A DNA stretch of 63,471 nucleotides, the filler included, from Deltaproteobacteria bacterium (GTDB taxonomy: Bacteria > JACQOV01), in the NCBI GenBank assembly GCA_016202395.1. It is 5 parts of 5 records of this genome, joined end to end, with 100 filler letters (N's around TTAATTAATTAA, not from the genome) between each part and the next. Parts side by side here need not be neighbours in the genome. Positions count along the whole stretch, not along the records: positions 25,931 to 54,987 come from JACQOV010000103.1; 4 more parts are not named here. One strand, written 5' to 3'. The notes under the pieces were generated by a model that worked only from the letters and a program-made list of their open reading frames with translations, searched no databases and had not been told where the DNA came from. Of the stretch, positions 37,861-47,614 are shown one piece after another (position 1 is the first letter of the stretch; the number at the start of each line of letters is the position of its first letter). A program made the position numbers and the translations under genes.

Positions 37861-39240
37861 TCACGTTATCTCTTCGGGGTCGGAGCCGATTCCATACTTT
37901 TTCAGTTTTTCACGGAGGGTAATACGGGCGATTCCAAGAATGCGGGCCGCCTCCGATTTATTGCCGCCCGTTTTTTCGAGCACCGTCAGAATATGTCGTT
38001 TCTCGACTTCTTCGAGAGACAATTCATCCCGCCGGGCGGAGAAGTCCCCGGCAGGATCTTGTGGATTTGCCGCCCGTAAATCGACGGGAAGGTGGGACGG
38101 TAAAATGACGCCGTTCGCGGCCAGAATGCAGGCCCGTTCAATAACATTCCTGAGTTCCCGAATATTTCCAGGCCACGGATAACCCGCAAGAAGTTCTTTC
38201 GCCCCTTCATCGATCCGCAGTTCCCTGCGAAACTGGGCACCAAAATGCCGCAAAAATTTTTCCGTCAACCAGGGGATATCTTCCCTTCGGTCCCTAAGCG
38301 GCGGCACACCTATCTGAAAGACCTTCAGACGATAATAGAGATCTTCACGGAATTGGCCATCCCGAACCAGGGCGGTGAGATCCCTGTTTGTGGAAGCCAT
38401 GATACGGACATTCACATCAATGTCTTTGACTCCGCCAATCCGTTTGAACGTCTGATATTCCAGAACACGCAAAATCTTTGCCTGCAGGGGAAGCGGCATT
38501 TCAGCGATTTCATCCAAAAGAAGAGAGCCGCCATCCGCAAGTTCCAAGAGACCCTTTCTCGTTTCTTTTGAATCGGTAAAGGCCCCCTTCTCAGCGCCAA
38601 AAAATTCCGTTTCCAGGAGATGGGCGGGAATAGCGCTACAGTTAATTTTCAATAAAGGATTTTTTGCGCGATCACTGACGAAATGGATAGCATCTACAAC
38701 CAATTCTTTTCCTGTTCCGCTTTCCCCTGTAATGAGAACCGTTGTTTTTGATACAGTGCCAACGTCTCTGATATTTGACTCCAACTCTTTTGCTTTGGAA
38801 CTGATGCCAAGTCCCTGATCCGGTTGAAAGAAGGGTTGCGTCAAACGCCTCAAGCGTTGAATATCATCCTTCATGTGAGTCGCTTCCAAAGCCCTACCCA
38901 CAATCAATTTGAGTTCGTCGAGTTCAAAGGGTTTAATGATATAATCAAAAGCCCCCAGTTTCATGGCCTTAACGGCTGTTTTGGCGTCGGGGTTCGCTGT
39001 CATCATAATAACGGGTGTGAGATTATCCTGACTCCGGATGTCCTGTAAGACTTCAAGACCGCTACGATCCGGAAGCCTGAGATCCATCAGGACAAGATCA
39101 ACTTTTTTTGTCTGGAATAACCGCAAGCCTTCTCCGGCAGAGGCCCCTGCATAGCTTAAAAATCCACTTTTTTGAAACACTTCCGTCAGTGTCTGCTGCA
39201 TGACCCCATCGTCCTCGATAATAAGAATTTTATGATGCAT
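37861..39240 (-). CDS. NtrC-family sigma54-dependent response regulator
   Basis: Receiver domain, GESGTGKE, GAFTD, WPGNIREL, C-terminal Fis HTH. Confidence 0.95.
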   Translation of the reverse strand: MHHKILIIEDDGVMQQTLTEVFQKSGFLSYAGASAGEGLRLFQTKKVDLVLMDLRLPDRSGLEVLQDIRSQDNLTPVIMMTANPDAKTAVKAMKLGAFDYIIKPFELDELKLIVGRALEATHMKDDIQRLRRLTQPFFQPDQGLGISSKAKELESNIRDVGTVSKTTVLITGESGTGKELVVDAIHFVSDRAKNPLLKINCSAIPAHLLETEFFGAEKGAFTDSKETRKGLLELADGGSLLLDEIAEMPLPLQAKILRVLEYQTFKRIGGVKDIDVNVRIMASTNRDLTALVRDGQFREDLYYRLKVFQIGVPPLRDRREDIPWLTEKFLRHFGAQFRRELRIDEGAKELLAGYPWPGNIRELRNVIERACILAANGVILPSHLPVDLRAANPQDPAGDFSARRDELSLEEVEKRHILTVLEKTGGNKSEAARILGIARITLREKLKKYGIGSDPEEIT

Positions 39241-41206
39241 AATCCCTCACCGGAAAAAGAATTTCAAAGGTGGTTCCATGACCCACCTGGCTTTTCGCAT
39301 GAATGTCCGCCCCATGTTCCTTGACGATCTTGTAAGCAATAGCGAGCCCCAAACCCGATCCATCCGCATGTGTTGTAAAAAATGGTTCAAAAATCCTTGA
39401 GATATTCTCCTGCGGAATTCCCACCCCATTGTCAATGACCGCGACTGAGACCTTCGACGAATCACTATCTTGAACTTCGATTTTTAGCGTTAGTACTCCC
39501 CCATCCGGCATGGCGCGCAAGGCGTTGACAATGAGATTCCAGAGTACTTGTTGTATCTGATGAGAATCTCCGAATATCGGAGGAGTTTCCGCAAATTCCC
39601 TGCGAATAGTCACGCTGTGCCATTCGGCCTCTTTACCAACAAGGAAAATAACCTCTTCGGCAATCTTTACAAGATCACAGGGAGACAATTTCCGGTCTCC
39701 CGGTGTTACAAAGGAATGAAACGTTTTTAGAAAATGGCTTAGCCGATCAATTTCAGAGATAATTCGTCGAAAATAAGTTTGTTGTTCCTGCGGCGTTATG
39801 TTTTCATCCATTGCTTGAATCACTGTTTTAATAGCGGCCAAAGGATTGCCAATTTCATGAGCGATTCCCGCAGAAAGTTGCCCCAGGCTTGCCATTTTTT
39901 CCATCTGATAGACTCGTTCCATGGAAGCGGCAAGTTTCTCCTCGGCACGTCGAATTTCCTCTTGAAGTTGACGATTCCATCCCTTCTCTTTTTCGACAAG
40001 TTCTCGAATATGCTGCGCCATTGTATTCATGGCACGAGCCATGTCCTCTATTTCATCTTTTGTTTCCACATCCAAATAGACATTGAAGTTCCCTTTTCCG
40101 ATTTTTTCCATCTCACGGTGGATGGCAAGCAGGGGTATGGTTAACTGGCGGGCAGCCACCCCTCCCAGGAAAAAAAGCACTAGGGCTATGACAAGACCGA
40201 TCAAAAACAGCACGACAACAAATTCACTCAAAGGCTTCAGAATAATTTTCTTTGGATATTGTAATCCAACAACCCAGTATCGACTTTCTTCTTTCTGATA
40301 TTTGACGGGGGTAAAAATGGTGAAGTGATCTTTATTTTCAATGATTCCTGTTTTACCAGTGAACAATGCATCTTTCGAGGTATTTCCCACGACGTTTTGA
40401 CCCGACAACAGGGATAATGATGTCGTTTTGTCATTTTCTCCCATAGAAATCATGGTGCCATTTATGTTGACGAAAAAGGTTCTGACGCCGGGACGGGTTT
40501 CCAGGCTTCGAATCAGGGCCAGGAGGTCGGTTGCATACAGATTCAGGATCACAAGACCCCTCTTTTGTCCTGCTTCATCAACAAAAGGGGTGGCAAACCG
40601 GACAACAAGCTGGTGAGGTACCTCCACGTGACCGAACTCTTCATTGAGGTCGAGGGAAGAGACATAAATTTCACCGGTGGAAATCTTCATGGCTTCATGG
40701 AGATAATAACGTTCTCCCTTGTTTTGCAATTGTTCCAGAGAGGTGATCATCACATCGCCTCCTTTGGAGTCAACGCGCAACCTTTCCCAACCCTCCATAT
40801 CGAGAAAGCGAATCTGATAGATGCCAATACGATACTTGGCAAAGTTTGAAAAAGCCTCAAGAACGGCCGTGCGCAACTCTATGCGCTCGGATTCTCCATG
40901 GGCGGGCATATGGCGCACATAGTTTTTGAGCGTCGGCAAACGGGAGAGGAAGAGGATATCTCCGCGAACATTCGTGAGCGTTTTTTCGAGCTCTTTACTC
41001 CGGTCCTCGACCTCACGGGTAAGTTCACTCATGTAATTGGACTTCAAAGTTTTCGAAGCAAAGTAAACGCCATAAATGCCCCCAATCGTCAGCGGTAAGA
41101 TCGCACTCAAGAAAAAGGCAATCCGGAGTTTTTTGCGGATGCTTAATGATCCAAAAAACCGATTTAGGTTATACCCGGATTTATTCACATCCTCTTGTCG
41201 ACGCAT
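39230..41206 (-). CDS. Sensor histidine kinase (TM-Cache-TM-HAMP-HisKA-HATPase)
   Basis: Cache-type periplasmic region (QIRFLD..G.ERLRV...YVS.LDLN.E), DEIEDMARAMN, AHEIGNPL, DNGVGI, GSGLGL. Confidence 0.95.
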   Translation of the reverse strand: MRRQEDVNKSGYNLNRFFGSLSIRKKLRIAFFLSAILPLTIGGIYGVYFASKTLKSNYMSELTREVEDRSKELEKTLTNVRGDILFLSRLPTLKNYVRHMPAHGESERIELRTAVLEAFSNFAKYRIGIYQIRFLDMEGWERLRVDSKGGDVMITSLEQLQNKGERYYLHEAMKISTGEIYVSSLDLNEEFGHVEVPHQLVVRFATPFVDEAGQKRGLVILNLYATDLLALIRSLETRPGVRTFFVNINGTMISMGENDKTTSLSLLSGQNVVGNTSKDALFTGKTGIIENKDHFTIFTPVKYQKEESRYWVVGLQYPKKIILKPLSEFVVVLFLIGLVIALVLFFLGGVAARQLTIPLLAIHREMEKIGKGNFNVYLDVETKDEIEDMARAMNTMAQHIRELVEKEKGWNRQLQEEIRRAEEKLAASMERVYQMEKMASLGQLSAGIAHEIGNPLAAIKTVIQAMDENITPQEQQTYFRRIISEIDRLSHFLKTFHSFVTPGDRKLSPCDLVKIAEEVIFLVGKEAEWHSVTIRREFAETPPIFGDSHQIQQVLWNLIVNALRAMPDGGVLTLKIEVQDSDSSKVSVAVIDNGVGIPQENISRIFEPFFTTHADGSGLGLAIAYKIVKEHGADIHAKSQVGHGTTFEILFPVRDYAS

Positions 41207-41280
41207 GGCGAGAGCATAGCAGTGTTTTGGGAAAAGAGGAACGATCTAAATCACATTCCGTGCGCCTCAACCACCTTGTA

Positions 41281-41367
41281 GTCAGTCAACGGGTGATCGC
41301 GATATCCTTTCTCATGAATCCGATTTCTGATCCTCCTGCCCTTGAGCTTCTTATCAACCTCTTCAAT
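41281..41367 (-). pseudogene. IS5-family transposase fragment
   Basis: Manual translation IEEVDKKLKGRRIRNRIHEKGYRDHPLTD resembles the IS5 (R)IHEKGYR.xPLT motif (recalled, not searched). Confidence 0.65.
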
Positions 41368-41368
41368 A

Positions 41369-41406
41369 CGGGATCGTTCTACTGCAAGCTACTGAGGTTG
41401 GAGTGA
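41369..41406. repeat. 38-bp direct repeat, right (att-like)
   Basis: Identical to 33469-33506; encodes HSNLSSLQ-stop of the PRTase. Confidence 0.95.
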
Positions 41407-42044
41407 CGAACCTGATGGAGGAGGGCTAACACCTCTTTATCGGTCACTTGTTTGAAATCTTTGTAACATTGCCCCACGGCTCCAAAATCTTCCGGCATCC
41501 ATAGACAAACCACCTCGGAAACCTCCTTCATATTCCGAATCTTTTCAACCGTGTCTGGGGAACCGGTCGGAACGGCAACGACAATAGAGGCCGGATTCTG
41601 AGCGGAGGCAACCTGAATGGAGGCAATCATGGTGGCTCCTGTTGCCAATCCATCATCGACTAGGATTACGAGGCGATTTTTTGGAGAGATCCTGGGGACT
41701 CCATGACGATACAACTGGATCTCCTCGAAAAGGTCGCCATATCGCCCGGCGACTTCGTCATCGATGTATTCCTCTTTCACTCCAAGCTGCTGAATCAAAG
41801 GCATGTTGAGATAAACGGCCTCTCCTTCCCCAATGGCGCCAATGGCAAGCTCCGGATTCTCAGGGGCTCGCAGTTTTTTAAGAGGCATGACATCCAAGTC
41901 CCATCCCAACTCCTCCCAAACGGGGTGAGCCACTAAGACACCGCCGCGAAGAAGACCCACAGTCAGGGGATTCTCCACTTTGTAAGCCGAGAGAGCTTTC
42001 CCCAATTGGCGCCCTGCTTCGGCGCGATCGGCAAAACTGCGCAT
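41379..42044 (-). CDS. Type I phosphoribosyltransferase family protein
   Basis: FADRAEAGRQL, RGG, ELAIGAI, VILVDDGLATGATM PRPP loop. Confidence 0.92.
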   Translation of the reverse strand: MRSFADRAEAGRQLGKALSAYKVENPLTVGLLRGGVLVAHPVWEELGWDLDVMPLKKLRAPENPELAIGAIGEGEAVYLNMPLIQQLGVKEEYIDDEVAGRYGDLFEEIQLYRHGVPRISPKNRLVILVDDGLATGATMIASIQVASAQNPASIVVAVPTGSPDTVEKIRNMKEVSEVVCLWMPEDFGAVGQCYKDFKQVTDKEVLALLHQVRHSNLSSLQ

Positions 42045-42091
42045 GACTTTCTCTTTAGCTCGTGTTTGAAAAAAGGACAAGAACCGATGGG

Positions 42092-43396
42092 TTAAGGCGG
42101 CGAATGGTAAGCGCTGCCGGGCTCGGAGAAATGGGGCAGCTCCTCGATCGGTTTCTCGATAATTTTAGGAGTAATAAAAATGAGAAGCTCACTCTTCTGC
42201 TGTGTCTTGGTATCGCTCTTAAAGAGGTAACCCAAGAGGGGAATCCGCATCAAGCCGGGGATCCCACGCTCCGCTTCGGTCTCTCGAACTCGATACAATC
42301 CCCCAATGATGGTCGTATCCCCATTTTTCAGCATCACCGTCGTTGTGGCGGTGCTATCAATCACGGCAGGGATCCCTTCGACAGCGCGGCTAAAATCGGC
42401 CTCCGATTCGACCGCCTCGATCTCTAATTTAATCAAATCGTTGACCGAGATCTGCGGAGTCACCTGAAGTTCAATCCCGGTTCCGATCTGCTGAAGATTC
42501 GTGGAGCTGTCCCCCGTTTGCCCCACCGTAATAGCAGCGCTGGTCACCACATAGAACTTAACACCACTCCGAATCTTCGCGGAGTGATTGTTTAAAGTCG
42601 CCACCGAGGGACGTGACAGAATTTTGATGTCTCCCTTTTCTTCCGCCGCTGAAAGTTGAAGATCCGCAATAGTGCTGTCCACATTACCAATAATCAAACC
42701 CAACCCCCCCAAGGGAGAACCGGAATTCAACCCCTCCGCGGGCAGATTCACCCCAAGATTTCGCCCCGCATCGGAGGTCCCCACCGCGCTGAGACCGCCC
42801 ACATCGGCATCCCCACCGGAGTGGGTGACCCCCCACTGAATCCCAAAACTGCGAATGAAATCCACCGAGGCATCCACAATCTTGGCCTCAATCAAAACCT
42901 GGCGATCCTCTCGATCGAGGTTCGACACCAACTTTCGAATATTCTCCACCGCCAGCGAGGTGTCACGGACATAAACGGAATTGGTTCTTTCATCCGCAAT
43001 TGTTGTCCCCCTTTCTGTGATGAACGATTGTAGATGAGGGAGAACATCCTTGGCTTTCGCGTACTGAAGGTTGAAGGAGGCGCTCATCAGATCCTCCCCT
43101 AACGCCTCGACCTCTTTTTTGGAAACCACCAGCAACGTCCCTTCCTCCACAACGAACCCAAACCCATGCGTTTTGAGAATGGCGCCCAAGGCCTCCTCCA
43201 GCTTAACCTGTTCAAAGCTTGCCGTCACTTTCCCTTCCACACTCTCTGGCACGACGATATTTTGTCCCCCGAGTTTGGCAAGCATTCGAACGGCAGCGCG
43301 AATATCGGCATCGTGGAACTCCACGCTATAGAGATACTCGGAGGCCAAGGCTCTAGAAACAAAGCAAATAGCTAAAAACCAACTTCTCCACATCAT
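42092..43396 (-). CDS. Secretin (PilQ/MshL-like)
   Basis: QVLIEAKIV, GIELQVTPQI, GIPGLMRIPLLGYLF, ELLIFITPKI. Confidence 0.92.
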   Translation of the reverse strand: MMWRSWFLAICFVSRALASEYLYSVEFHDADIRAAVRMLAKLGGQNIVVPESVEGKVTASFEQVKLEEALGAILKTHGFGFVVEEGTLLVVSKKEVEALGEDLMSASFNLQYAKAKDVLPHLQSFITERGTTIADERTNSVYVRDTSLAVENIRKLVSNLDREDRQVLIEAKIVDASVDFIRSFGIQWGVTHSGGDADVGGLSAVGTSDAGRNLGVNLPAEGLNSGSPLGGLGLIIGNVDSTIADLQLSAAEEKGDIKILSRPSVATLNNHSAKIRSGVKFYVVTSAAITVGQTGDSSTNLQQIGTGIELQVTPQISVNDLIKLEIEAVESEADFSRAVEGIPAVIDSTATTTVMLKNGDTTIIGGLYRVRETEAERGIPGLMRIPLLGYLFKSDTKTQQKSELLIFITPKIIEKPIEELPHFSEPGSAYHSPP

Positions 43397-43776
43397 CGAG
43401 CTTCTCCCGTGAAAGACAAACGGTACAACCCATTCTCATTACGAAGAACCACATGATTTTTTTCTACCTCAACGACCTCGTGGGAACCGATCTTTTCTCC
43501 TTTGCGGACCGCACGGTCGTTGATCAGCGCTGCCCGATCGACATCGCCATAAACAATTCCTGTCAGAACAAGATCGGTCACAGAGAAATCCTCCACCGCC
43601 TCCACAAAAGGATTGTCTTGCCACAAAAGGCCGCCCTCCCTCGATCGAGCCCCTCCTTCAAACCCCTCCAAATCCAGCCCCGAAAAGGCCCCATCGCGCC
43701 TCCCTTCTCCCTGAACCCCGGAGAAGATCAGCAGGATAGGGAAGGCCCACCAGAGTCTCTTTTTATTCCCAACCAT
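43393..43776 (-). CDS. PilP/MshK-like pilus assembly protein
   Basis: NPF, LVLTGIVYG...ALIND.AVRKGEKIG; located before the secretin. Confidence 0.65.
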   Translation of the reverse strand: MVGNKKRLWWAFPILLIFSGVQGEGRRDGAFSGLDLEGFEGGARSREGGLLWQDNPFVEAVEDFSVTDLVLTGIVYGDVDRAALINDRAVRKGEKIGSHEVVEVEKNHVVLRNENGLYRLSFTGEAR

Positions 43777-44341
43777 AAACAATCCCCTCCAGCGTTAATT
43801 TTACACCCGCAGCTCCCTCCTCCTCCAAAGAGAGGATCTCCCAATGAGAAATGAGAAGAGGGGCCGAAAGCCGATCCAATCGCTCCAGGTACCTTCCCAA
43901 AAATGGGAAGGATCCCAAGAGGGAAACCGTAAATTCTTGTGTCGTCACACGCCCCTGGCGAACCGGATCGGGAAATTCGACGCCGGTCACTTGAAGCCCT
44001 TTCGTTAGGATGGGATTCGTCATCTCTTGCATCACCCATCCGCTCGGATTGCGAGCGATTTGATGAGCCCATTCTTCATACGAGGCTAAAACGGCGCTCC
44101 CCGCATGAGGCTCCACCTTTTGAGACTGCGCTCCGAACTGCCTCTGCGCCTGAACAAAGGCCTCCTTCTCTTTGAAAGCCTCCTCCAAATGCGCCTGAAC
44201 CTCTGAGAGAGCCTCACGACTTGGAAACCAACAAGACTTTAGGAACACCAACACGAAAGCGAGCAAGGCCGCTAAAAAAATCAACCTCTCCCGTGAGTTC
44301 GGAACCTCTCGCCAACGGACCGAGGTGATCTGCAACGCCAT
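43763..44341 (-). CDS. PilO/MshJ-like alignment protein
   Basis: NSRERLI plus TM plus coiled coil; G.F..LGRYLERL. Confidence 0.7.
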   Translation of the reverse strand: MALQITSVRWREVPNSRERLIFLAALLAFVLVFLKSCWFPSREALSEVQAHLEEAFKEKEAFVQAQRQFGAQSQKVEPHAGSAVLASYEEWAHQIARNPSGWVMQEMTNPILTKGLQVTGVEFPDPVRQGRVTTQEFTVSLLGSFPFLGRYLERLDRLSAPLLISHWEILSLEEEGAAGVKLTLEGIVYGWE

Positions 44342-44887
44342 CTAAAATCCCTCGCAGCGAATCTTAAAACGAAACCCCCTTCGCGTCCCCTCTGGAACCT
44401 CTTGGGAAGACAACAATTGAACCTGTAAACAGACGGGGTCTTGGGCTAAAGTTTGTATCCAATAAGCGACCGCCCTCTGATCTCGCGCCTCCCCCTCAAG
44501 ATCAATGCCCGCAGGGTCTGCAACGATAGAGGTTAAACGTATTTGAGAGGGAACATAGCTCGAGATCTGATAAAGGATTTTAGACCAGGTGATCCGATTC
44601 TGCAACTCCTCCCAAGGGATTCCTTCGTAAAAAGAGATCTTCTTTGGACTCTCCAAAGAAGGGGAAGTGGCGCGAAGCTGGGATAGAGAGACCGTCGTTG
44701 CGTTTAGCTTTTTTTGGAGCGAGTCTAGGCGAACCTTCTGGACCGCGCCATAGCTCGCCATGAACATCAAAACAAGGGTGGCTATCGAAACGAGACTCAG
44801 TCGATTCCACCGAAATCTTCCAAAGATCTTTCGAGGATCCCAAAAATCCACCCTCCATCTCCGTTTTTCAATAAAATTGATGTGCAT
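44342..44887 (-). CDS. PilN-like protein
   Basis: MHINF (INLL-like), TM, coiled coil, P.QIRLTSI, LEGEA. Confidence 0.75.
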   Translation of the reverse strand: MHINFIEKRRWRVDFWDPRKIFGRFRWNRLSLVSIATLVLMFMASYGAVQKVRLDSLQKKLNATTVSLSQLRATSPSLESPKKISFYEGIPWEELQNRITWSKILYQISSYVPSQIRLTSIVADPAGIDLEGEARDQRAVAYWIQTLAQDPVCLQVQLLSSQEVPEGTRRGFRFKIRCEGF

Positions 44888-44890
44888 CGT

Positions 44891-45907
44891 TTATCCATCC
44901 ACGGCTAACCCGCAAGCCACCGCAAAGAGAGCCTTGCGAGAGGCCAACGCATCGCCGGGAAACGACTCGGTGTCGATTTTTTGAAAAGGATCGAACAAGG
45001 AAACAGGAATCCCTAACGTGGAGGTCAGATAATCGATCAGCCCTCGGTAGTAAGCCCCTCCGCCACAAAGATAAATGTGGTCAATGGGGCGATGCTCAAA
45101 GAGTAGCGCAAATCCATCCACCGATCTTTGAATCTCAATGGCCATCCGAGAATAAAAATGGGAGATGGTATTCTTCAACCGCCCGTCCAGAGCAAAATCC
45201 TCAGAGAATGTCCCTTCTTTCATGTACTGTTGCTTCCCTTCAATGGCCTTTTCTGCGGGCAGCCCTAAATCTCTCTCGAGCTGACGGTTTAAGTCCTCAT
45301 CCGCGCAATGGCTTAAAGGCCTTGAATAAATCATCCCCCCCTTTCCCATGACCACAAAAAAGGAGAGATGGTTCCCCACATCCATCAAAACCTCATAACG
45401 ATCCCTTTGGGCTCCGCGACAAAAATCGAAAATCGAGGCCAAGGCCCCCACATCGGGTTCCACCACCTGAGGAGAAGGGAGTCCAGATTCCCTAACGCGA
45501 CGTATCCGATTTTTCGCAGCGCTTCTTCGAATTGCAAACACCATCAACGAAACCTTGCCTGCGATACGAACATCTTGAGAATCAATTTTGGCCCATCGAA
45601 AGACAAAATCTTCCACCTCGCCATCAATAACATCCTTAACCGCCCAAGGGACCGCTCGATCCCATTCGGAATCGGGAATCGGAGGCAGATCGACCCTCCG
45701 GATCTTTAAGGAGGGATCCTCGATATTGATCCGGATATCTCTCGACCGGATCGGATGATGCCGAAAGACCTTCCTTAACCGCCCCGCATCTCCTCGATAA
45801 GAATAGAAACCGTAGGCCACGAGCCGGTAACCCTCTTGAAGCGGCTCTACGCAGACGACCTTCACATTCTTCGAACCGATGTCGATTCCCACTGAGATCT
45901 GTGCCAT
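44891..45907 (-). CDS. PilM-like actin-fold protein
   Basis: VGIDIGS.NVKVV, MDVG, IYLCGGGA, FAVACGLA. Confidence 0.88.
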   Translation of the reverse strand: MAQISVGIDIGSKNVKVVCVEPLQEGYRLVAYGFYSYRGDAGRLRKVFRHHPIRSRDIRINIEDPSLKIRRVDLPPIPDSEWDRAVPWAVKDVIDGEVEDFVFRWAKIDSQDVRIAGKVSLMVFAIRRSAAKNRIRRVRESGLPSPQVVEPDVGALASIFDFCRGAQRDRYEVLMDVGNHLSFFVVMGKGGMIYSRPLSHCADEDLNRQLERDLGLPAEKAIEGKQQYMKEGTFSEDFALDGRLKNTISHFYSRMAIEIQRSVDGFALLFEHRPIDHIYLCGGGAYYRGLIDYLTSTLGIPVSLFDPFQKIDTESFPGDALASRKALFAVACGLAVDG

Positions 45908-45909
45908 CT

Positions 45910-46701
45910 TTAATCCGTTAACTTAGAAATCCGCGCCTTGATTTTATAAACCAATTCCTCTTGAGGATGCGGATGCCTCTCCAAAAACTGGCGATAGTTC
46001 TGAATCGCATGTCCTACATCCCCCTGTTGTTCGCACAAAACCGCCAAATTAAAATAAGGATCGGCATAGTCCGAAGAGAGTTCAATCGCCTTCTCGAAAT
46101 AGTTTCTCGCCTCCATAGCCTCTCCCAAAGAGGATTTGAGAAGGCCCAAATTATTAAAACAGACGGCGCATTTTCCGTCCAATTCAAGCGCTTTTTGGTA
46201 CTCCGTGGAGGCGTTGGTCAGCAACCCTTGACGGTAAAAGACAAAGCCTAAGTTATTGTGAAGCCTCGCATCGTTAGGGCTTTGGGCGAGGAGCTGTTTC
46301 AAGAGTTCCATGCTGGTGAGCCAATCCCCCTCTTCAAAAGCCTGATTCACTTGAAGGACCACGGCCTCCACCGGAACAACAACCGGTTCTTCCTGTGGCT
46401 GAGGGAGAGAGACCGCAGCAGGCTCCGGCGTGGGGGTGATTTCAACAATAGCAGGGACTTTTCGAGGCCTGTGACCATTTTGAATCCATCGGAAGGCAAA
46501 GCTAAAACCTAAAAGGACCGCGAGGATGGAGATTAAAATCGGGATCCTTTTAGATAAAAAAGGCTCCGGGCCCCAAAAAGAGGATCTCTTCACAATAGAG
46601 GGGGTCCCCTGAAAGATCCCTTCCCCTTCTCCCAAAAAAGGTTCCGCCTCTTTGTTTCCTTTTTGAGCGCTGCTTTTAAGGGCCTTTAAAATAATCGACA
46701 T
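45910..46701 (-). CDS. Membrane-anchored TPR protein (MshN/GspB-like)
   Basis: MSIILKALK N-terminus, TM, TPR repeats (HNNLG, FNNLG, YFNLA). Confidence 0.8.
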   Translation of the reverse strand: MSIILKALKSSAQKGNKEAEPFLGEGEGIFQGTPSIVKRSSFWGPEPFLSKRIPILISILAVLLGFSFAFRWIQNGHRPRKVPAIVEITPTPEPAAVSLPQPQEEPVVVPVEAVVLQVNQAFEEGDWLTSMELLKQLLAQSPNDARLHNNLGFVFYRQGLLTNASTEYQKALELDGKCAVCFNNLGLLKSSLGEAMEARNYFEKAIELSSDYADPYFNLAVLCEQQGDVGHAIQNYRQFLERHPHPQEELVYKIKARISKLTD

Positions 46702-47563
46702 GAAAATCCTTCTCACCTCTCAAAGTCTTCCCATAGATCTTGTGGACGGGCTCGCGGGTGGTCCCTTCAACATCGGCTACTGCTTCACCGATCATCCGGA
46801 CCGTTACCAAACGGGCGCGCTCCGCATACGCCGCCAGCAAGGCTCGATCGCAGATGACATTAATCAATCGAGGGATTCCCCCTGAAACTCGATAAATCCG
46901 ATCGATCGCCTTCTCCTGAAATTGCACACCCCCCTCTCCTCCGGCAACACAGATCCGATGGACGATGTACCCTTCTGTTTCTTCTCGGTTCAGGCCCGTT
47001 AGAAAATAACGGATCCCAATCCTCTGGTTGAGCTGCTTCAGAGCCCTGCTGTGAAGTTTTTGCTCAAGCTCCAACTGTCCCGAAAGAATAATCTGAAGAA
47101 GCTTTTTTTCCTCTGTTTCGAGGTTGGAGAGCAGCCGGATCATCTCCAACGCCTCCATGGAAAGATCCTGAGCCTCATCGATCAAAACAACGGCGTTGCG
47201 TCCTCTCTGACAACGCTCCATTAAAAAGCGGTTTAAGGCATCGATCTGACCTTTGACCGTGGGGTAGGAGGCGGAGTTTCCAAAATCGTCGTTGAGGGTT
47301 TGGAGCAGCTCTAAGGTCGATAGCATCGGGTTCAAGATGACGGCGGTGTCCACCTCCTCGCCTAACCGATCGAGCAAGGTGCGACAGAGGGTCGTTTTCC
47401 CAGTCCCGATCTCCCCCATGAGCGCCATAAACCCTTTGCGGTAACGGACCCCGTAAAGGAGCGATTCGATAGCCTCTTCATGTTGCTGTGAAAGAAACAA
47501 AAATCCGGGATCTGGAGTCAGATTAAAAGGTTCCTCTTTAAAATGAAAAAAGGGGAGATACAT
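46676..47563 (-). CDS. ExeA/MshM-family AAA ATPase
   Basis: PFNLTPDP.FLF, GEIGTGKTT, LIDEAQ, GIPRLIN.ICDRALL. Confidence 0.92.
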   Translation of the reverse strand: MYLPFFHFKEEPFNLTPDPGFLFLSQQHEEAIESLLYGVRYRKGFMALMGEIGTGKTTLCRTLLDRLGEEVDTAVILNPMLSTLELLQTLNDDFGNSASYPTVKGQIDALNRFLMERCQRGRNAVVLIDEAQDLSMEALEMIRLLSNLETEEKKLLQIILSGQLELEQKLHSRALKQLNQRIGIRYFLTGLNREETEGYIVHRICVAGGEGGVQFQEKAIDRIYRVSGGIPRLINVICDRALLAAYAERARLVTVRMIGEAVADVEGTTREPVHKIYGKTLRGEKDFHVDYFKGP

Positions 47564-47614
47564 CCGTTAAGCTTAGGCGCAGTATATCAAAAATTCCGAG
47601 AATCTTCCATGACA

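Larger units (their letters stand above)
33469..41406. mobile_element. Genomic islet bounded by 38-bp direct repeats, no integrase
   Basis: CGGGATCGTTCTACTGCAAGCTACTGAGGTTGGAGTGA at 33469-33506 and 41369-41406; the second copy contains the 3' end of the PRTase gene. Confidence 0.8.
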
